This document shows positions 18,843-29,407 of a stretch of DNA of 64,000 nucleotides, one piece after another. The notes beneath the pieces were generated by a model. The model did no database searches. It was not told the origin of the DNA and worked only from the letters and a program-made list of their open reading frames with translations. The position numbers and the translations under genes were made by a program. The DNA lies in NCBI GenBank assembly GCA_963815215.1, contig CAWFFU010000010.1, positions 160,001-224,000 on the forward strand, in the 5' to 3' direction. The DNA is from an uncultured Trueperaceae bacterium (GTDB taxonomy: Bacteria; Deinococcota; Deinococci; Deinococcales; Trueperaceae). Within the stretch, counting starts at the first letter, position 1; each line of letters starts with the position of its first letter.

Positions 18843-20356
18843 AGGTCGTACAGCTCCCGGTACTTGCCGTCGAGGTAGGTGAGGTAGGGCTCCGGAGCGA
18901 GGCCACGGCCGGTGGCGCGCGTCAGCAGCGCATCCGGGGAGTAGCGCCGTCCGTGCCGGTAGACGTTCTCCTGCAGCCAGGCGCGTAGGGGAGCGGTGTC
19001 GCCGCGCTCCAACGCCGGCGTGATCGCCGGTTCCTGCGCCCGAGCCGCTTCCAGCCACTGCGCGCTCATCACGTTGCCGATGGTGTAGGTCGGGAAGCTC
19101 CCGAACAGCCCGGTCGACCAGTGGATGTCCTGCAGGCAGCCGCGCGCGTCGTCGGGCACCTCGAGGCCGAGGGTGGCCTCGACGCCCGCGTTCCAGGCCT
19201 CGGGCAGGTCCCGCACGCTCAACGAGCCGTCGAGCAGGGCCATCTCGATCTCCACGCGCAGCATGATGTGGAGGTTGTAGGTCACCTCGTCGGCCTCGAC
19301 CCGGATCAGGCTGGGCTCGACGTGGTTGACGGCCCGGTAGAAGGCCTCGGCGTCGACGTCGGCGAGCTGCTCGGTGAAATGGTCGCGGAGCGCCCCGAAG
19401 TGGGCTCGCCAGAAGGGCCGGCTGCGGCCGACCAGGTTCTCCCACAGCCGGGACTGGCTCTCGTGGGTGCCGTAGCTGCTGCCCGCCACGGCGTAGAGCC
19501 CCGGAACGTCGGTGGTGAAGGCGGTGCGAACGTAGGCGGGGTCCACCCCCTGCTCGTAGAGCGCGTGGCCGGCCTCGTGCAGCGTGCCGAACAGGCTCAT
19601 CGGCAGGTAGTCGCGCCGGAAGCGCGTCGTGATGCGCACGTCGTCGCGGGTGAAGGAGATCTCGAAGGGGTGCGCCGACACGTCGAGCCGCCCGCGTCCC
19701 AGGTCGTAGCCGATCAGCCGGGCGAAGTGCAGCGCCGCGTCACGTTGCGCGCTCTCCGGGTAGTCCCGCTGCAGGAAACGCCGGTCCGCGACCACGTCGC
19801 TCGCGCGGATCCCTTCCAGCAGCGGCAGGATGCCACCGCGCAGGGCGCCGAACAGGTCCTGGAGGCGGGCGGCCGTCATGCCGGGCTCGTACAGGCCGAC
19901 CAGGGCATCGTACGGATGCTCCCGGTAGCCGATCGCCTGGGCCAGGCGCTGCTGCAGCTCCAGCATGTGCTCCAGCGCGGGTGCGAAGGCCGCCATGTCG
20001 TCGTCGGCGCGAGCGCGTTCCCAGGCGGCCTGCGCCACCGAGCGATGCTCGGCGAGCGCCTCGACCAGGCCGTCGGGCAGGCGCTGCAGCAGCTCGAGCG
20101 CGTCGGCGAGCTGATCGAGCTCGTCCGCTTCCTCGGCGCTCGCGCTCTCGGCGCGGGCCTCCTGCAATGCCCCGACGAGCTCGCGCGACAGCAGGCGCTC
20201 GCGTGCCACCTTCGACAGGGTGGCGAGCTGCTTGCCGCGCGCCGCCGCGCCTTGCGGCGGCATCTGGGTGCGGGCGTCCCAGGTCAGCAGGTTGACGGCG
20301 CACAGCAGGTCGTTGATCTCGGCGACGTGGCTGCGCACCCGTTCGATCGTCCTCAT
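18839..20356 (-). CDS. Carboxypeptidase M32 (Taq-like)
   Basis: HPF, DVRITTR, HEAGH, HESQS, IRVEAD, GCLQDIHW. Confidence 0.95.
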   Translation of the reverse strand: MRTIERVRSHVAEINDLLCAVNLLTWDARTQMPPQGAAARGKQLATLSKVARERLLSRELVGALQEARAESASAEEADELDQLADALELLQRLPDGLVEALAEHRSVAQAAWERARADDDMAAFAPALEHMLELQQRLAQAIGYREHPYDALVGLYEPGMTAARLQDLFGALRGGILPLLEGIRASDVVADRRFLQRDYPESAQRDAALHFARLIGYDLGRGRLDVSAHPFEISFTRDDVRITTRFRRDYLPMSLFGTLHEAGHALYEQGVDPAYVRTAFTTDVPGLYAVAGSSYGTHESQSRLWENLVGRSRPFWRAHFGALRDHFTEQLADVDAEAFYRAVNHVEPSLIRVEADEVTYNLHIMLRVEIEMALLDGSLSVRDLPEAWNAGVEATLGLEVPDDARGCLQDIHWSTGLFGSFPTYTIGNVMSAQWLEAARAQEPAITPALERGDTAPLRAWLQENVYRHGRRYSPDALLTRATGRGLAPEPYLTYLDGKYRELYDL

Positions 20357-21786
20357 GCCTTCCTCCATGTCGACGGCAGCGCGCGCCACAGGCGCGCCCA
20401 GGCCTGCTGGCCCAGGCGGAAGCGCTCCGGCCGGTAGAACTCGTTGGGAGCGTGGATGTCCTCATCTCCGGTGCTGAACGAGAAGAACACCGTGTCGGCG
20501 CCGAGCGCTTCGCGGAAGGTGGAGGTGATCGGCACGCTGCCGCCCATCCCCACGAGGGTCGGGGCCGAGCCGAACACACTCCGCAGCGTGTCGGCGGCCG
20601 CACGTACCGCCCAGTGGTCGTCCGCCACGCGGTAGGCGGGCGCGCCCGCTCCGGGGCCCCGGACCTCCAGCGTGACGCCGGGCGGGCAGTGGGCTTCGAG
20701 GTGGCGGCGCACCGCGGCGCCGACGGCGTCGGGGTCCTGCCCGGGCACCAGACGGCAGCTCAACTTGAACGTCGCCTCGCTCGGGAGCACGGTCTTGCTG
20801 CCCGGGCCCTGGTAGCCACCGTAGAGTCCATTCACTTCGAGGGTGGGCCGGTACCACTGGCGCGCCAGCGTGCCGTAGCCAGGCTCGCCGAAGGGCGCGG
20901 ACGCCCCCACCTCGTCCAGGTACGCGGCCTCGTCGAACGGCAGGCGCTCGAGCGCGGCCAGCGTCGCGGCATCGGGGGGCTCGGCGCCGTCGTAGAAGCC
21001 GGCGACCGCCACGCGCCCGCCGTCGTGGAGGCCCGCTACCAACTCCGCTGCGGCGTGCAACGGATTCGCCACGCCGCCACCGTGGCGGCCCGAGTGCAGG
21101 TCCTTGCCGGGGCCGCGCACCGTCGCTTCGAGTGTGGTCATGCCCCGCGCGCCGGTCACCAGGGTGGGCACGTCGGGCCGCCACATGCCGCCGTCGGCCG
21201 AGAGCACCACGTCGCACGCCAGGGCGGAGGCGCGCTCGCGCACCAGCGGCCCCAGGCTGGGGCTGCCGATCTCCTCCTCGCTCTCGAACAGGAAGCGCAG
21301 GTTCACGGGAGGTCGTTCGCCGGCCCGTGAGAACGCCTCCGTCACCAGGATCGGGATGAGCATGGAGGCCTTATCGTCGCTGACGCCGCGACCGTAGAGC
21401 CGCCCGTCGCGCTCGGTGAGCTCGAACGGGGGCGAGTGCCACGCCGCCAGCGGCTCCGGCGGCTGAACGTCCATGTGGCCGTAGACGAGAACCGTCGGCG
21501 CGCCGTCGCCGGCGGCGTCCCAGCGCGCGTAGACGGCAGGATGCCGGGGCGTGTCCCACACCTCGACCTCGAGCTCGGGGATGGCCCGCAACCGCTCGGC
21601 CACCCAGGCCGCGGCCCGCCGCACCTCGCCGGAGCGCTCCGGGTCGGTGCTCACCGACGGGATCGCCACGAAGTCGCGAAGTAGCTCCAGCGAGCGTTCG
21701 TAGCCGTCGGCCAACAGGGCGGAGACCGCGTCGTCGCCGGACGGTGCTGTCTCGGGCGCATCCGGTCGGTCGCCGTGCGCGGGCAC
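20353..21786 (-). CDS. M20 family dipeptidase/deacylase
   Basis: YGHMDVQP, GRGVSDDK, EEEIGS, DLHSG, HAPNE. Confidence 0.93.
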   Translation of the reverse strand: MPAHGDRPDAPETAPSGDDAVSALLADGYERSLELLRDFVAIPSVSTDPERSGEVRRAAAWVAERLRAIPELEVEVWDTPRHPAVYARWDAAGDGAPTVLVYGHMDVQPPEPLAAWHSPPFELTERDGRLYGRGVSDDKASMLIPILVTEAFSRAGERPPVNLRFLFESEEEIGSPSLGPLVRERASALACDVVLSADGGMWRPDVPTLVTGARGMTTLEATVRGPGKDLHSGRHGGGVANPLHAAAELVAGLHDGGRVAVAGFYDGAEPPDAATLAALERLPFDEAAYLDEVGASAPFGEPGYGTLARQWYRPTLEVNGLYGGYQGPGSKTVLPSEATFKLSCRLVPGQDPDAVGAAVRRHLEAHCPPGVTLEVRGPGAGAPAYRVADDHWAVRAAADTLRSVFGSAPTLVGMGGSVPITSTFREALGADTVFFSFSTGDEDIHAPNEFYRPERFRLGQQAWARLWRALPSTWRKA

Positions 21787-21789
21787 CGC

Positions 21790-22557
21790 TCAGCGCCCCC
21801 CGTCGACGGACAGCGTCTGCCCGGTGATCCAACCGGCCTGGTCGCTGGCGAAGAACAGCACCGCATTGACGATGTCCTCCGGCGCACCCAGGCGCTTCAG
21901 CGCGATGCCCTGCACCAGCTTGCGCTGCCCCTCCTCGCCGTACGACGCCCACTGCTTCTCGGTGGTCGGATTGGAGAGCACGAAACCGGGGGCCACGGAG
22001 TTCACCGTGATCCCCCAGGATCCGAGCTCGTGGGCCAGCTGGCGGGTGAGGCCGATCTGTCCGGCCTTGGCCGCGGCGTACGCCTGGATGCCGGTGAGAC
22101 TGATGCCCAGGCCCGCCCCGCTGGAGATGTTCACGATGCGGCCGGCGCGGGCGGCCTTCATCGTCGGCGCGACGGCGCGGCTGGTGTGGAAGGCGCCATC
22201 CAGGTTGACGGCGAAGATACGTCGCCAGTCCTCGTCCGGGACCTCCTCGAGAGGCCTCCCGACCTGGCCGAGCACGCCGCCGGCGTCGTTCACGAGGATG
22301 TCGAGGCGACCGCTGGCGGCCAGCGCGTGCCCGACCCAGGCGTCCACGGCCTGGCGATCGGAGACGTCGACGGCGGCTACCTCCAGCGGGTGGCCGGCGT
22401 CCTGCGCCAGCCGCCCGGTCTCTGCGAGCTCGGTGGCGGCGACGTCGCTGGCGAAGACCGACGCCCCCAGTCGGGCGAGCCCGAGGGCGATGGCGCGGCC
22501 GAAGCCGTGCGCCGCGCCGGTCACGAGCGCGGTCCTTCCGTCAAAGCGCAGCTGCAT
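21790..22557 (-). CDS. SDR oxidoreductase (FabG-like)
   Basis: TGAAHGFG, YAAAK, ITGQTLSVDGG. Confidence 0.92.
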   Translation of the reverse strand: MQLRFDGRTALVTGAAHGFGRAIALGLARLGASVFASDVAATELAETGRLAQDAGHPLEVAAVDVSDRQAVDAWVGHALAASGRLDILVNDAGGVLGQVGRPLEEVPDEDWRRIFAVNLDGAFHTSRAVAPTMKAARAGRIVNISSGAGLGISLTGIQAYAAAKAGQIGLTRQLAHELGSWGITVNSVAPGFVLSNPTTEKQWASYGEEGQRKLVQGIALKRLGAPEDIVNAVLFFASDQAGWITGQTLSVDGGR

Positions 22558-23617
22558 GCGGGTCCCCTTCCGGCTGGTCCTCGGCGATGGCGGCGAGGTT
22601 CTCCCAGGCGCGCGCCCGCCGTCCGTTCTCGACATCGTGCATCAACTCCACCAGCCGTCGCAGGTAGGGAACGGCGACGCCGTGCCCGTCGGCGATGCCA
22701 AGGATGGGCGCGAACTGGGCGTCGGTCTCGGTCTTGCGGTGGTGCACGGCGAGGTCGCGCCACACGCCCGAGTGGGTCTTGGCCGAGCGTTGGTTGAAGG
22801 CGACCATGGCGTCGAAGGAGGCCTTGCGGGCTGCGGCGTCTCCCCCCGGCGCGAAGGCCGCCGGATCGAAGCCGTTGAAGCCGACCGGCCTGGCCCCGTG
22901 GGCGCTCGCCACCTCCATGACCTCTCGAGCCAGGGTCGCCAGCACCGGCTGGACCGTGGCGTCGGCCAGGGTGTCGACGATGCTGGCATCGGTCAGAGCC
23001 TCGGCGAACAGCATCGCGCCGTAACCCATCTTCCCCCACAGGTAGCCCCAGATGTTGTCCGTGGTCTCGGCGCCGGGCTCGAAGTCGCGCAGGGCGATCG
23101 TCAGCCGTTGCAGCCGCTCGCTGGCGCGCCCGTCGAGCTCGCCGAGCACCACCGCGCCGCGGCCGGAGAACTGCACGATCCCGGGCTCGAGCACGTCGGC
23201 GCCGAAGTTCACGAACGCACCCATGGTGCGCTCCGCGCCCACCGACTGGGCGAGCACGACCTCGTTCAGACCGTTCTGCATCGACACCACGCAACCGCCC
23301 TCGGACACGTGCGGCGCGAGCCGGGCCGCGGCACGCTCGGTATCGAGCGCCTTGACGGCCAGCAGCACCCAGTCCCAGGTGCCGTCGACCTCGTCGGGGC
23401 CGACGATGGGGGCGTGCACCGTGAACGTGTCGATGGGCCCGACGATGCGCAGGCCGTCGCGGCGCACCGCCTCCACGTGCGCCTGGTTGGCGTCCACGAA
23501 GGTGACGTCGTGGCCTGCGCGTGCCAGATGCGCGCCTACCACGCCACCGATCGCCCCCGCACCCCACACCAGCGCCCGTAGGCGCGGCCTTGCCGGCGCG
23601 TCGTCGTTCAGTTCCAC
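22541..23617 (-). CDS. Ketopantoate reductase (PanE/ApbA) family protein
   Basis: WGAGAIGG, LAVK, MQNGL, LWGKM, RKTE; start approximate. Confidence 0.85.
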   Translation of the reverse strand: MELNDDAPARPRLRALVWGAGAIGGVVGAHLARAGHDVTFVDANQAHVEAVRRDGLRIVGPIDTFTVHAPIVGPDEVDGTWDWVLLAVKALDTERAAARLAPHVSEGGCVVSMQNGLNEVVLAQSVGAERTMGAFVNFGADVLEPGIVQFSGRGAVVLGELDGRASERLQRLTIALRDFEPGAETTDNIWGYLWGKMGYGAMLFAEALTDASIVDTLADATVQPVLATLAREVMEVASAHGARPVGFNGFDPAAFAPGGDAAARKASFDAMVAFNQRSAKTHSGVWRDLAVHHRKTETDAQFAPILGIADGHGVAVPYLRRLVELMHDVENGRRARAWENLAAIAEDQPEGDPHAAAL

Positions 23618-24306
23618 GGCCCCTCCAGGGCGGCGCGCGTCTCCTCGACGCCGGCACGCCACACGACCTCCATCGCCTCGTCGGGCTTCTGGTAGGCGCC
23701 GCCCATGTTGCCGTCGCCCAGCATGTCGCGGACCTCGGGCGCGGTCATCAGGCGCATGCGCGTCATGTCCGTCATCGGCTTGGCGCCGTCGGGCGGGTGC
23801 ACGCCTTCGAGCCGGGTCCAGGCGAAGTTCTCCATCCAGGAGGCGTGCGAAGCGGCCTCGTCGATGGCGTGGACGGCGGCGAACGTCGCCGGCGCGTTCC
23901 ACCAGTTGTGCCACTTCACGCGCACCCCAGGGTGGGTGTTCATCCACTCCTGAACGACCGATCCGGCGGCGCTGTTGCCGCCGTGCCCGTTGACGAACAG
24001 CACCCGCTTGAAGCCGGTGGCGGCGAGGCTCTCCAGGATGTCCTCGACGATGCGGCGATAGGTGTCCAGGCGCAGGCTCACCGAGCCCGGGTAGGACAGG
24101 AAGTAGGGTGTCACGCCGTAGTTGAGGGTGGGGAAGACGGGCACACCCAACGGTGCAGCGGCCTCGCGCGCCACGCGCTCGGCCAGGATGTTGTCCACCG
24201 CCAGGCTGAGGTAGCCGTGTTGCTCGGTGCTCCCCATCGGGACGACGGCGCGATCGTCGCGCTCCAGCTGCTTCTCGACCTGCATCCAATTCATCGCGTG
24301 GATCAC
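23608..24306 (-). CDS. Creatininase-family amidohydrolase
   Basis: MNWMQVE, PMGSTEQHG, VNGHGGN, HASWME. Confidence 0.9.
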   Translation of the reverse strand: MIHAMNWMQVEKQLERDDRAVVPMGSTEQHGYLSLAVDNILAERVAREAAAPLGVPVFPTLNYGVTPYFLSYPGSVSLRLDTYRRIVEDILESLAATGFKRVLFVNGHGGNSAAGSVVQEWMNTHPGVRVKWHNWWNAPATFAAVHAIDEAASHASWMENFAWTRLEGVHPPDGAKPMTDMTRMRLMTAPEVRDMLGDGNMGGAYQKPDEAMEVVWRAGVEETRAALEGPWN

Positions 24307-24311
24307 ACGCC

Positions 24312-25406
24312 TCACTCCTTTGCGTCGCGCTCCTGCCGCACGCTCTCGAGCGTGGGGAGCAGGAGGCGGCTGATGGAACCGACCTCGGGTTCGTACCGGA
24401 ACTCGAAGGCGTCGATGTCGGGGGGAACGTGGGCGAGCGCGTTCCGGCTGCCGCTGGCATAGACCATCACGGTGCAGCGGCGTTGCGCCAGGGCGAGCGC
24501 CGCGGGATCGAGCGGCACCGCCTCGATCTTGCGCACGTGCGGGCAGAAGCGTGTCACGTTGCGGCGCAGCGTGGGGAGGAAGTCGGGGATGCTGGCGACC
24601 ACCATCACGCAGGCATCGGACGGCACCGCGGCGAGGCGCGTGCGCGTCTCCCGCGAGGGATGGAAGGCGAGGCTCAGCACGGGCACGTCGCCACCCACCC
24701 GGGCACGCAGCTCGGCCTCGCGGTTGGCCAGGGTGACGTAGACGTCGGGCGCGGTGTCGCTCGAGCCCGGCAGCGCGATGGCGTCGGCGTCGAAGGTGGT
24801 CCATTCCAGCACGTCGCCGGGCGGGAGGTGGCGACGGATGGCCTCGACGTACGCCACGGTCGCGTCAGGGAAGATGCCGACGAACAGGATGTGGACGCTG
24901 CGTCCGGTGCGGGCGGGTCGATGAGCGCGCACCGTCACCGCCTCGGCGGCGGCGCTGCGCGAGAAGCCGAGCGCCTCGGCCGCCGTGAAGAAGGTGTCGA
25001 CGGCGTGGCTCAGCGCCAGCATGGCCTCCGTGGCCTGTTGTGGCGGAAGGCGTTCGGGCACGAAGGTGCCGCGGCCCTGCTGGCTCTCCAGCAGCCCCTG
25101 CTGGCGCAGCTCGCGGTAGACCTGCGAGACCGTCACCGGCGCCAGGTGGAGCAGGCGCGCCAGCTCGCGCACCGACGGGAGCTTGCTGCCCCGCGGGATC
25201 TCGCCCGTGGCGATGCCGTACTCGATCTGGCCTCGCAACTGGACGCCGACCGGCAGGGGGAGGTCGCGGTCCAAGGCCAGACGCCAGGGGGCCGCGCCGG
25301 TTTGGAACTCGATGGCGGCGTCCGCCTGCGGCGCGGCCGGCCGGTCGCGCGCCTCGCCCACCGGCACGGCCGGGTCCAGCGCCTCCGAGGGGCCGGAGCG
25401 GGTCAC
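24312..25406 (-). CDS. GntR-family regulator with long C-terminal domain
   Basis: KLPSVRELA, TVSQVYRELRQQG, GRGTFV; GTGA overlap with upstream ATPase. Confidence 0.88.
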   Translation of the reverse strand: MTRSGPSEALDPAVPVGEARDRPAAPQADAAIEFQTGAAPWRLALDRDLPLPVGVQLRGQIEYGIATGEIPRGSKLPSVRELARLLHLAPVTVSQVYRELRQQGLLESQQGRGTFVPERLPPQQATEAMLALSHAVDTFFTAAEALGFSRSAAAEAVTVRAHRPARTGRSVHILFVGIFPDATVAYVEAIRRHLPPGDVLEWTTFDADAIALPGSSDTAPDVYVTLANREAELRARVGGDVPVLSLAFHPSRETRTRLAAVPSDACVMVVASIPDFLPTLRRNVTRFCPHVRKIEAVPLDPAALALAQRRCTVMVYASGSRNALAHVPPDIDAFEFRYEPEVGSISRLLLPTLESVRQERDAKE

Positions 25407-26494
25407 GGCCGCGCCTCCGGGCGGTGCTCGACGCCGCTCGCCGGCGCGCCGCCGCCGTCGGGGTCGTACAGGTGGCAGGCGCACTCGCGTCCGTCGCGCT
25501 CGACCAGCTCGGGGACGCGGACGTTGCAGCCCTCGAAGGCGCTGGAGCAGCGCGGGTGGAAGGCGCAGCCGCTGGGTACGCGTAGCGGGCTCGGGAGCTC
25601 GCCACGCACCGCCTCGGTGGTGGTGGTGTGCTCGGGGTCCAGCGACGGCGCCGCGGAGAGCAGCGCACGGGTGTAGGGGTGGCGCGGGTCGTGGAACAGC
25701 GCCTCGGTCTCGCCGACCTCGACCACCCGGCCCAGGTACATGACCGCCACGCGGTGCGAGATGTGCCGCACCAGCCGCAGGTCGTGTGCGACGAACAGCA
25801 CCGTCAGGTGGAGGCGCTCCTGCAGCTCCAGCAGCAGGTTGATGACCTGTGCCTGGACGCTGACGTCGAGCGCCGAGACGAGCTCGTCGGCGACGAGGGT
25901 CTCGGGCTCGAGCGCCAACGCCCGCGCGATGCCGATGCGTTGCCGCTGGCCGCCCGAGAACTCGTGCGGCATGCGGTCCGCGGAATCGATGGGCAGGCCC
26001 ACCATGTCGAGGAGCTCGCGTAGGCGTTCGGGGATGGCCTTGGGGGGCCGCATGTTGTGGACGCCCAGCGCCTCCCGCAGGATCTGACCCACGCTCATGC
26101 GCGGGTTGAGGCTGGAGTAGGGGTCCTGGAAGATCATCTGGACCTTGCGGTGGTAGCGGCGCAGGGCGTCGCCCTGCAGGGCCAGGACGTCGGTGCCCCG
26201 GTAGCGCACCGACCCGGCGTCGGGCTCGTGGAGCCGGACCAGGCAGCGCGCCAGCGTGGACTTACCGCAACCGGACTCCCCCACGATGCCGAGCGTCTCG
26301 CCACGCTCCACGCGTAGCGTGACGCCGTCGAGCGCCCGCACGGCCAGCTTGGGCTCGCCCTTGAGGCGGTCGAAGAGGGTGCGCTGGACCGGGAAGGTCT
26401 TGACCAGGCCATCGATCTCGTACGCCGCGGCCGATCCCGTCGGCCCGGCGATGCTGACGTTCTGCCGGGTACCCTGCCGTGCGGTGGCGGTCAC
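25403..26494 (-). CDS. Peptide ABC ATPase (OppF/DppF-like)
   Basis: GESGCGKST, FSGGQRQR, HPYT, Cys-rich C-terminus. Confidence 0.94.
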   Translation of the reverse strand: MTATARQGTRQNVSIAGPTGSAAAYEIDGLVKTFPVQRTLFDRLKGEPKLAVRALDGVTLRVERGETLGIVGESGCGKSTLARCLVRLHEPDAGSVRYRGTDVLALQGDALRRYHRKVQMIFQDPYSSLNPRMSVGQILREALGVHNMRPPKAIPERLRELLDMVGLPIDSADRMPHEFSGGQRQRIGIARALALEPETLVADELVSALDVSVQAQVINLLLELQERLHLTVLFVAHDLRLVRHISHRVAVMYLGRVVEVGETEALFHDPRHPYTRALLSAAPSLDPEHTTTTEAVRGELPSPLRVPSGCAFHPRCSSAFEGCNVRVPELVERDGRECACHLYDPDGGGAPASGVEHRPEARP

Positions 26495-27507
26495 GCGGAC
26501 ACCTCCGCGGGGGCGGGGAGCTCGGCGTGGTGCAGGCAGGCGCTGGTATGATCCTCCGCCACGAGCTGACGCCGCGGCTCCTCAGCCAGGCAGGCGTCGG
26601 TCACGAAGCCGCACCGCGGCCCGAAGGGGCAGCCGGGGGGCAGCCCGCTGAGGTCGGGGGGCGATCCCGGGATGGGCTTGAGCGGTTGACGGTTGGCGCC
26701 TCCGCTGGGCAGCGACAGCCGCAGGCCCAGTGTGTAGGCGTGCTTGGGGTGCATGAACAGGGCCCGCACCGGCGCCGTCTCGACCAGCCGTCCGGCGTAC
26801 ATGACGGCCACCCGATCGCAGGTCTGCGCGACCACACCGAGGTCGTGCGTCACCAGGATCACGCTCATGCCGAGTTGCTCGCGCAGGCGCAGCAGCAGCT
26901 TGAGGATCTGGTCCTGGATGGTGACGTCGAGGGCGGTGGTGGGCTCGTCCGCCAGCAGCAGGCTGGGCGACGAGGCCAGTGCGATGGCGATCATGGCGCG
27001 CTGGCGCATGCCGCCGCTGAACTCGTGGGGGTAGGCTCCGAGGCGTTCGCGCGCCGAGGGGATGCCGACCAAGTCGAGCAGCTCGGCGGCGCGGTCGGTG
27101 GCGGCGGCGCCGCTCAGTCCCTCGTGCTCGCGCAGGCTCTCCAGGATCTGCTCGCCCACTGTCAGCACCGGGTTGAGGGCGGTCATCGGCTCCTGGAAGA
27201 TCATGCTGATCTCGCCGCCGGTGACCTGGCGCATGCGGCGGGCGCTGACGTCGAGCAGGTTCTCGTCGCGCCAGCGCACCTCGCCCGTTACCTTGGTGGG
27301 GGGCCGAAGCAGCCGCAGGATCGAGCGCAGCGTGACGCTCTTGCCCGACCCGGACTCGCCGACGATGCCGAGCACCTCGCCCGCGCCCACGTCGAAGCTC
27401 ACGTCCCGGACGGCGTTGAGAGGACCTCGTGGGGTGTGGAAGGTGGTGTCGAGGTGGCGGACGCTGAGCAGCGGCGCGGCCGCCCCGGCGGCTTGCATCG
27501 CGCTCAT
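26491..27507 (-). CDS. Peptide ABC ATPase (OppD/DppD-like)
   Basis: [26 protein letters not shown]. Confidence 0.94.
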   Translation of the reverse strand: MSAMQAAGAAAPLLSVRHLDTTFHTPRGPLNAVRDVSFDVGAGEVLGIVGESGSGKSVTLRSILRLLRPPTKVTGEVRWRDENLLDVSARRMRQVTGGEISMIFQEPMTALNPVLTVGEQILESLREHEGLSGAAATDRAAELLDLVGIPSARERLGAYPHEFSGGMRQRAMIAIALASSPSLLLADEPTTALDVTIQDQILKLLLRLREQLGMSVILVTHDLGVVAQTCDRVAVMYAGRLVETAPVRALFMHPKHAYTLGLRLSLPSGGANRQPLKPIPGSPPDLSGLPPGCPFGPRCGFVTDACLAEEPRRQLVAEDHTSACLHHAELPAPAEVSA

Positions 27508-28364
27508 CGTGTCGGCCTCAACAGGTCCGCCAGGCCGTCGCCGACCAGGCTGAAGCCCACGCCGGCGAGCGTCAGCACCAGCCCGGGGAACGACGAAATC
27601 CAGGGTGCCGTGACCATGAAGTTCTTGCCGTCCGCCACCATCACCCCCCACTCGGCGGTGGGCGGTTGGGCGCCCAGGCCGAGATAGCCGAGCGAGGCGC
27701 CCAGCAGGATTCCCAGGCTCATGTCGGTCATCCAGTAGACGATGGCCGGGGTGACGGCGTTGGGGAAGATGTGGCGGAACACGATGCGGCTCGGTGAGTA
27801 ACCCATCACTCGGGCCGCCTGCACGTACTCCGACTGCTTCTGGACCAGCGTCTCGCCGCGCACCAGGCGGGCGTAGTACACCCAGCCCACGACGCTGACC
27901 GCCAGGTACATGTTGCGCAGGCCGGGGCCGAGCATGGCGACGATGGCGATGACGAGGATCAGGAACGGGAACACCATCACGACGTCGACCAGCCGGCCGA
28001 AGCCGGCGTCGAGCCAGCGGCCCACGTAGCCGGTTATGGCGCCGGCCAGCGTGCCGAACAGGAACGGGAACAGCGTACAGAACAGCGCGATCTGCAGGTC
28101 GACGCGCGCGCCGTAGATCACGCGCGAGAACACGTCGCGGCCGAAGTTGTCGGTGCCGAACAGGTGCTGCGCACTGGGGCCCTTGAGGATGGCGCCGTAG
28201 TCGAACTTGCTCGGGTTGTAAGGGGCGATCAGGTGCGGGAAGAGCGCCATCGCCAGCAGAGCGGTGACGATGGTCAGCCCGATCACCAGGGTGGGCTTGG
28301 GCCGGACGCGAAGCCGGCGCCGGCGGGTGCGTGGAGCGGTCGTCACGGCCGACGGGAGCGCCAT
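27504..28364 (-). CDS. Peptide ABC permease (OppC/DppC-like)
   Basis: HLFGTDNFGRDVFSR, EYVQAARVMG, AEWG. Confidence 0.94.
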   Translation of the reverse strand: MALPSAVTTAPRTRRRRLRVRPKPTLVIGLTIVTALLAMALFPHLIAPYNPSKFDYGAILKGPSAQHLFGTDNFGRDVFSRVIYGARVDLQIALFCTLFPFLFGTLAGAITGYVGRWLDAGFGRLVDVVMVFPFLILVIAIVAMLGPGLRNMYLAVSVVGWVYYARLVRGETLVQKQSEYVQAARVMGYSPSRIVFRHIFPNAVTPAIVYWMTDMSLGILLGASLGYLGLGAQPPTAEWGVMVADGKNFMVTAPWISSFPGLVLTLAGVGFSLVGDGLADLLRPTR

Positions 28365-28365
28365 G

Positions 28366-29307
28366 TCAGGCCACCTTCGTACGGGGGTCGAGGGTGCTGT
28401 AGGCGAGGTCGGTCAGCAGGAACACCACCATGATGACGACGGCGAAGGCCAGGGTGAGGCCCTGCACCACCGCGTAGTCGCGCCCGAAGATGGCGTCGAC
28501 CATGAGCCGGCCCACCCCCGGGATGGCGAAGACCGTCTCGGTGATGACCGCGCCGCCCATGAGCTGACCGACCGAGAGCCCGAACAGGGTCACGGTGCTG
28601 ATGAGGGCGTTGCGCAGGATGTGCTTGAAGAGCACCAGCCGGGGGCGGATGCCTTTGGCCCGCGCGAAGTCGACGTACTCGGCGTCGAGCACCTCCAGGA
28701 TGGAGGAGCGCAGGTTGCGCATCAGGATGGCGGCCAGATAGAAACCGAGTGAGAGAGCGGGTAGGAACAGATAGTACAGATCCGACGCCGCGGTGGGTCC
28801 GATGCCCCCCACCGGGAACCAGTGCAGCCGGGCGCCGAAGAAGCCCAGGAGCTGCAGCGAAAGATAGAACACCGGCAGCGACAGGCCGACCTGGAAGATG
28901 GCGCGGATGAGGTTGTCGACCCAGGTGCCACGCTTCAGCGCCGAGAGCACCGCCGCCGGCACCGACAGCAGCGCCGCCAGGACGCCGGCGTAGAGCGTGA
29001 GGAACAGCGTTACCGGCATGCGGTCGGCGATGAGCTGGGTGACGGGCACCTTGAGGTTGATGCTGGTGCCGAGATCGCCGCGCGCCACGCGTTCGAGGAA
29101 GTACCAGAACTGGACGGGCAGAGGCTTGTCCAGCCCCAGCTCCTTGTGCACGCGGGCGACGGCCTGATCGGTGACGCGGTCGCCGAGGATGGCGACGGCG
29201 GGATCGCCCGGCAGCAGCCGGACCATGGCGAACACTAGGATCATGATCACCAGCAGCGTGGGGATCATCTGCAGGATCCGGGTGAGGGCGAACTGCCAGC
29301 GGTTCAC
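28366..29307 (-). CDS. Peptide ABC permease (OppB/DppB-like)
   Basis: LPGDP, GLDKPL, GDLGTS, ARAKG, ETVFAIPGVG. Confidence 0.94.
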   Translation of the reverse strand: MNRWQFALTRILQMIPTLLVIMILVFAMVRLLPGDPAVAILGDRVTDQAVARVHKELGLDKPLPVQFWYFLERVARGDLGTSINLKVPVTQLIADRMPVTLFLTLYAGVLAALLSVPAAVLSALKRGTWVDNLIRAIFQVGLSLPVFYLSLQLLGFFGARLHWFPVGGIGPTAASDLYYLFLPALSLGFYLAAILMRNLRSSILEVLDAEYVDFARAKGIRPRLVLFKHILRNALISTVTLFGLSVGQLMGGAVITETVFAIPGVGRLMVDAIFGRDYAVVQGLTLAFAVVIMVVFLLTDLAYSTLDPRTKVA

Positions 29308-29360
29308 GTCGGCTACCTCCCGGGACCAGGCCCGGCCGCGAGCTGGTGCGGCTGGGGGAG

Positions 29361-29393
29361 CCGGGGCCGCTCGCAGGATGCGAGCGGCCCCGG
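29361..29393 (-). other. Perfect 15-bp stem-loop after SBP gene
   Basis: ccggggccgctcgca-gga-tgcgagcggccccgg. Confidence 0.85.
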
Positions 29394-29407
29394 AGGCGAG
29401 TCGGACG

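Noticed and set aside
24291..24315. GTGA/GTGA/ATGA cluster at the GntR-creatininase junction
   Set aside because: Spacings of 9 and 12 nt keep all starts in one frame; simply alternative starts.
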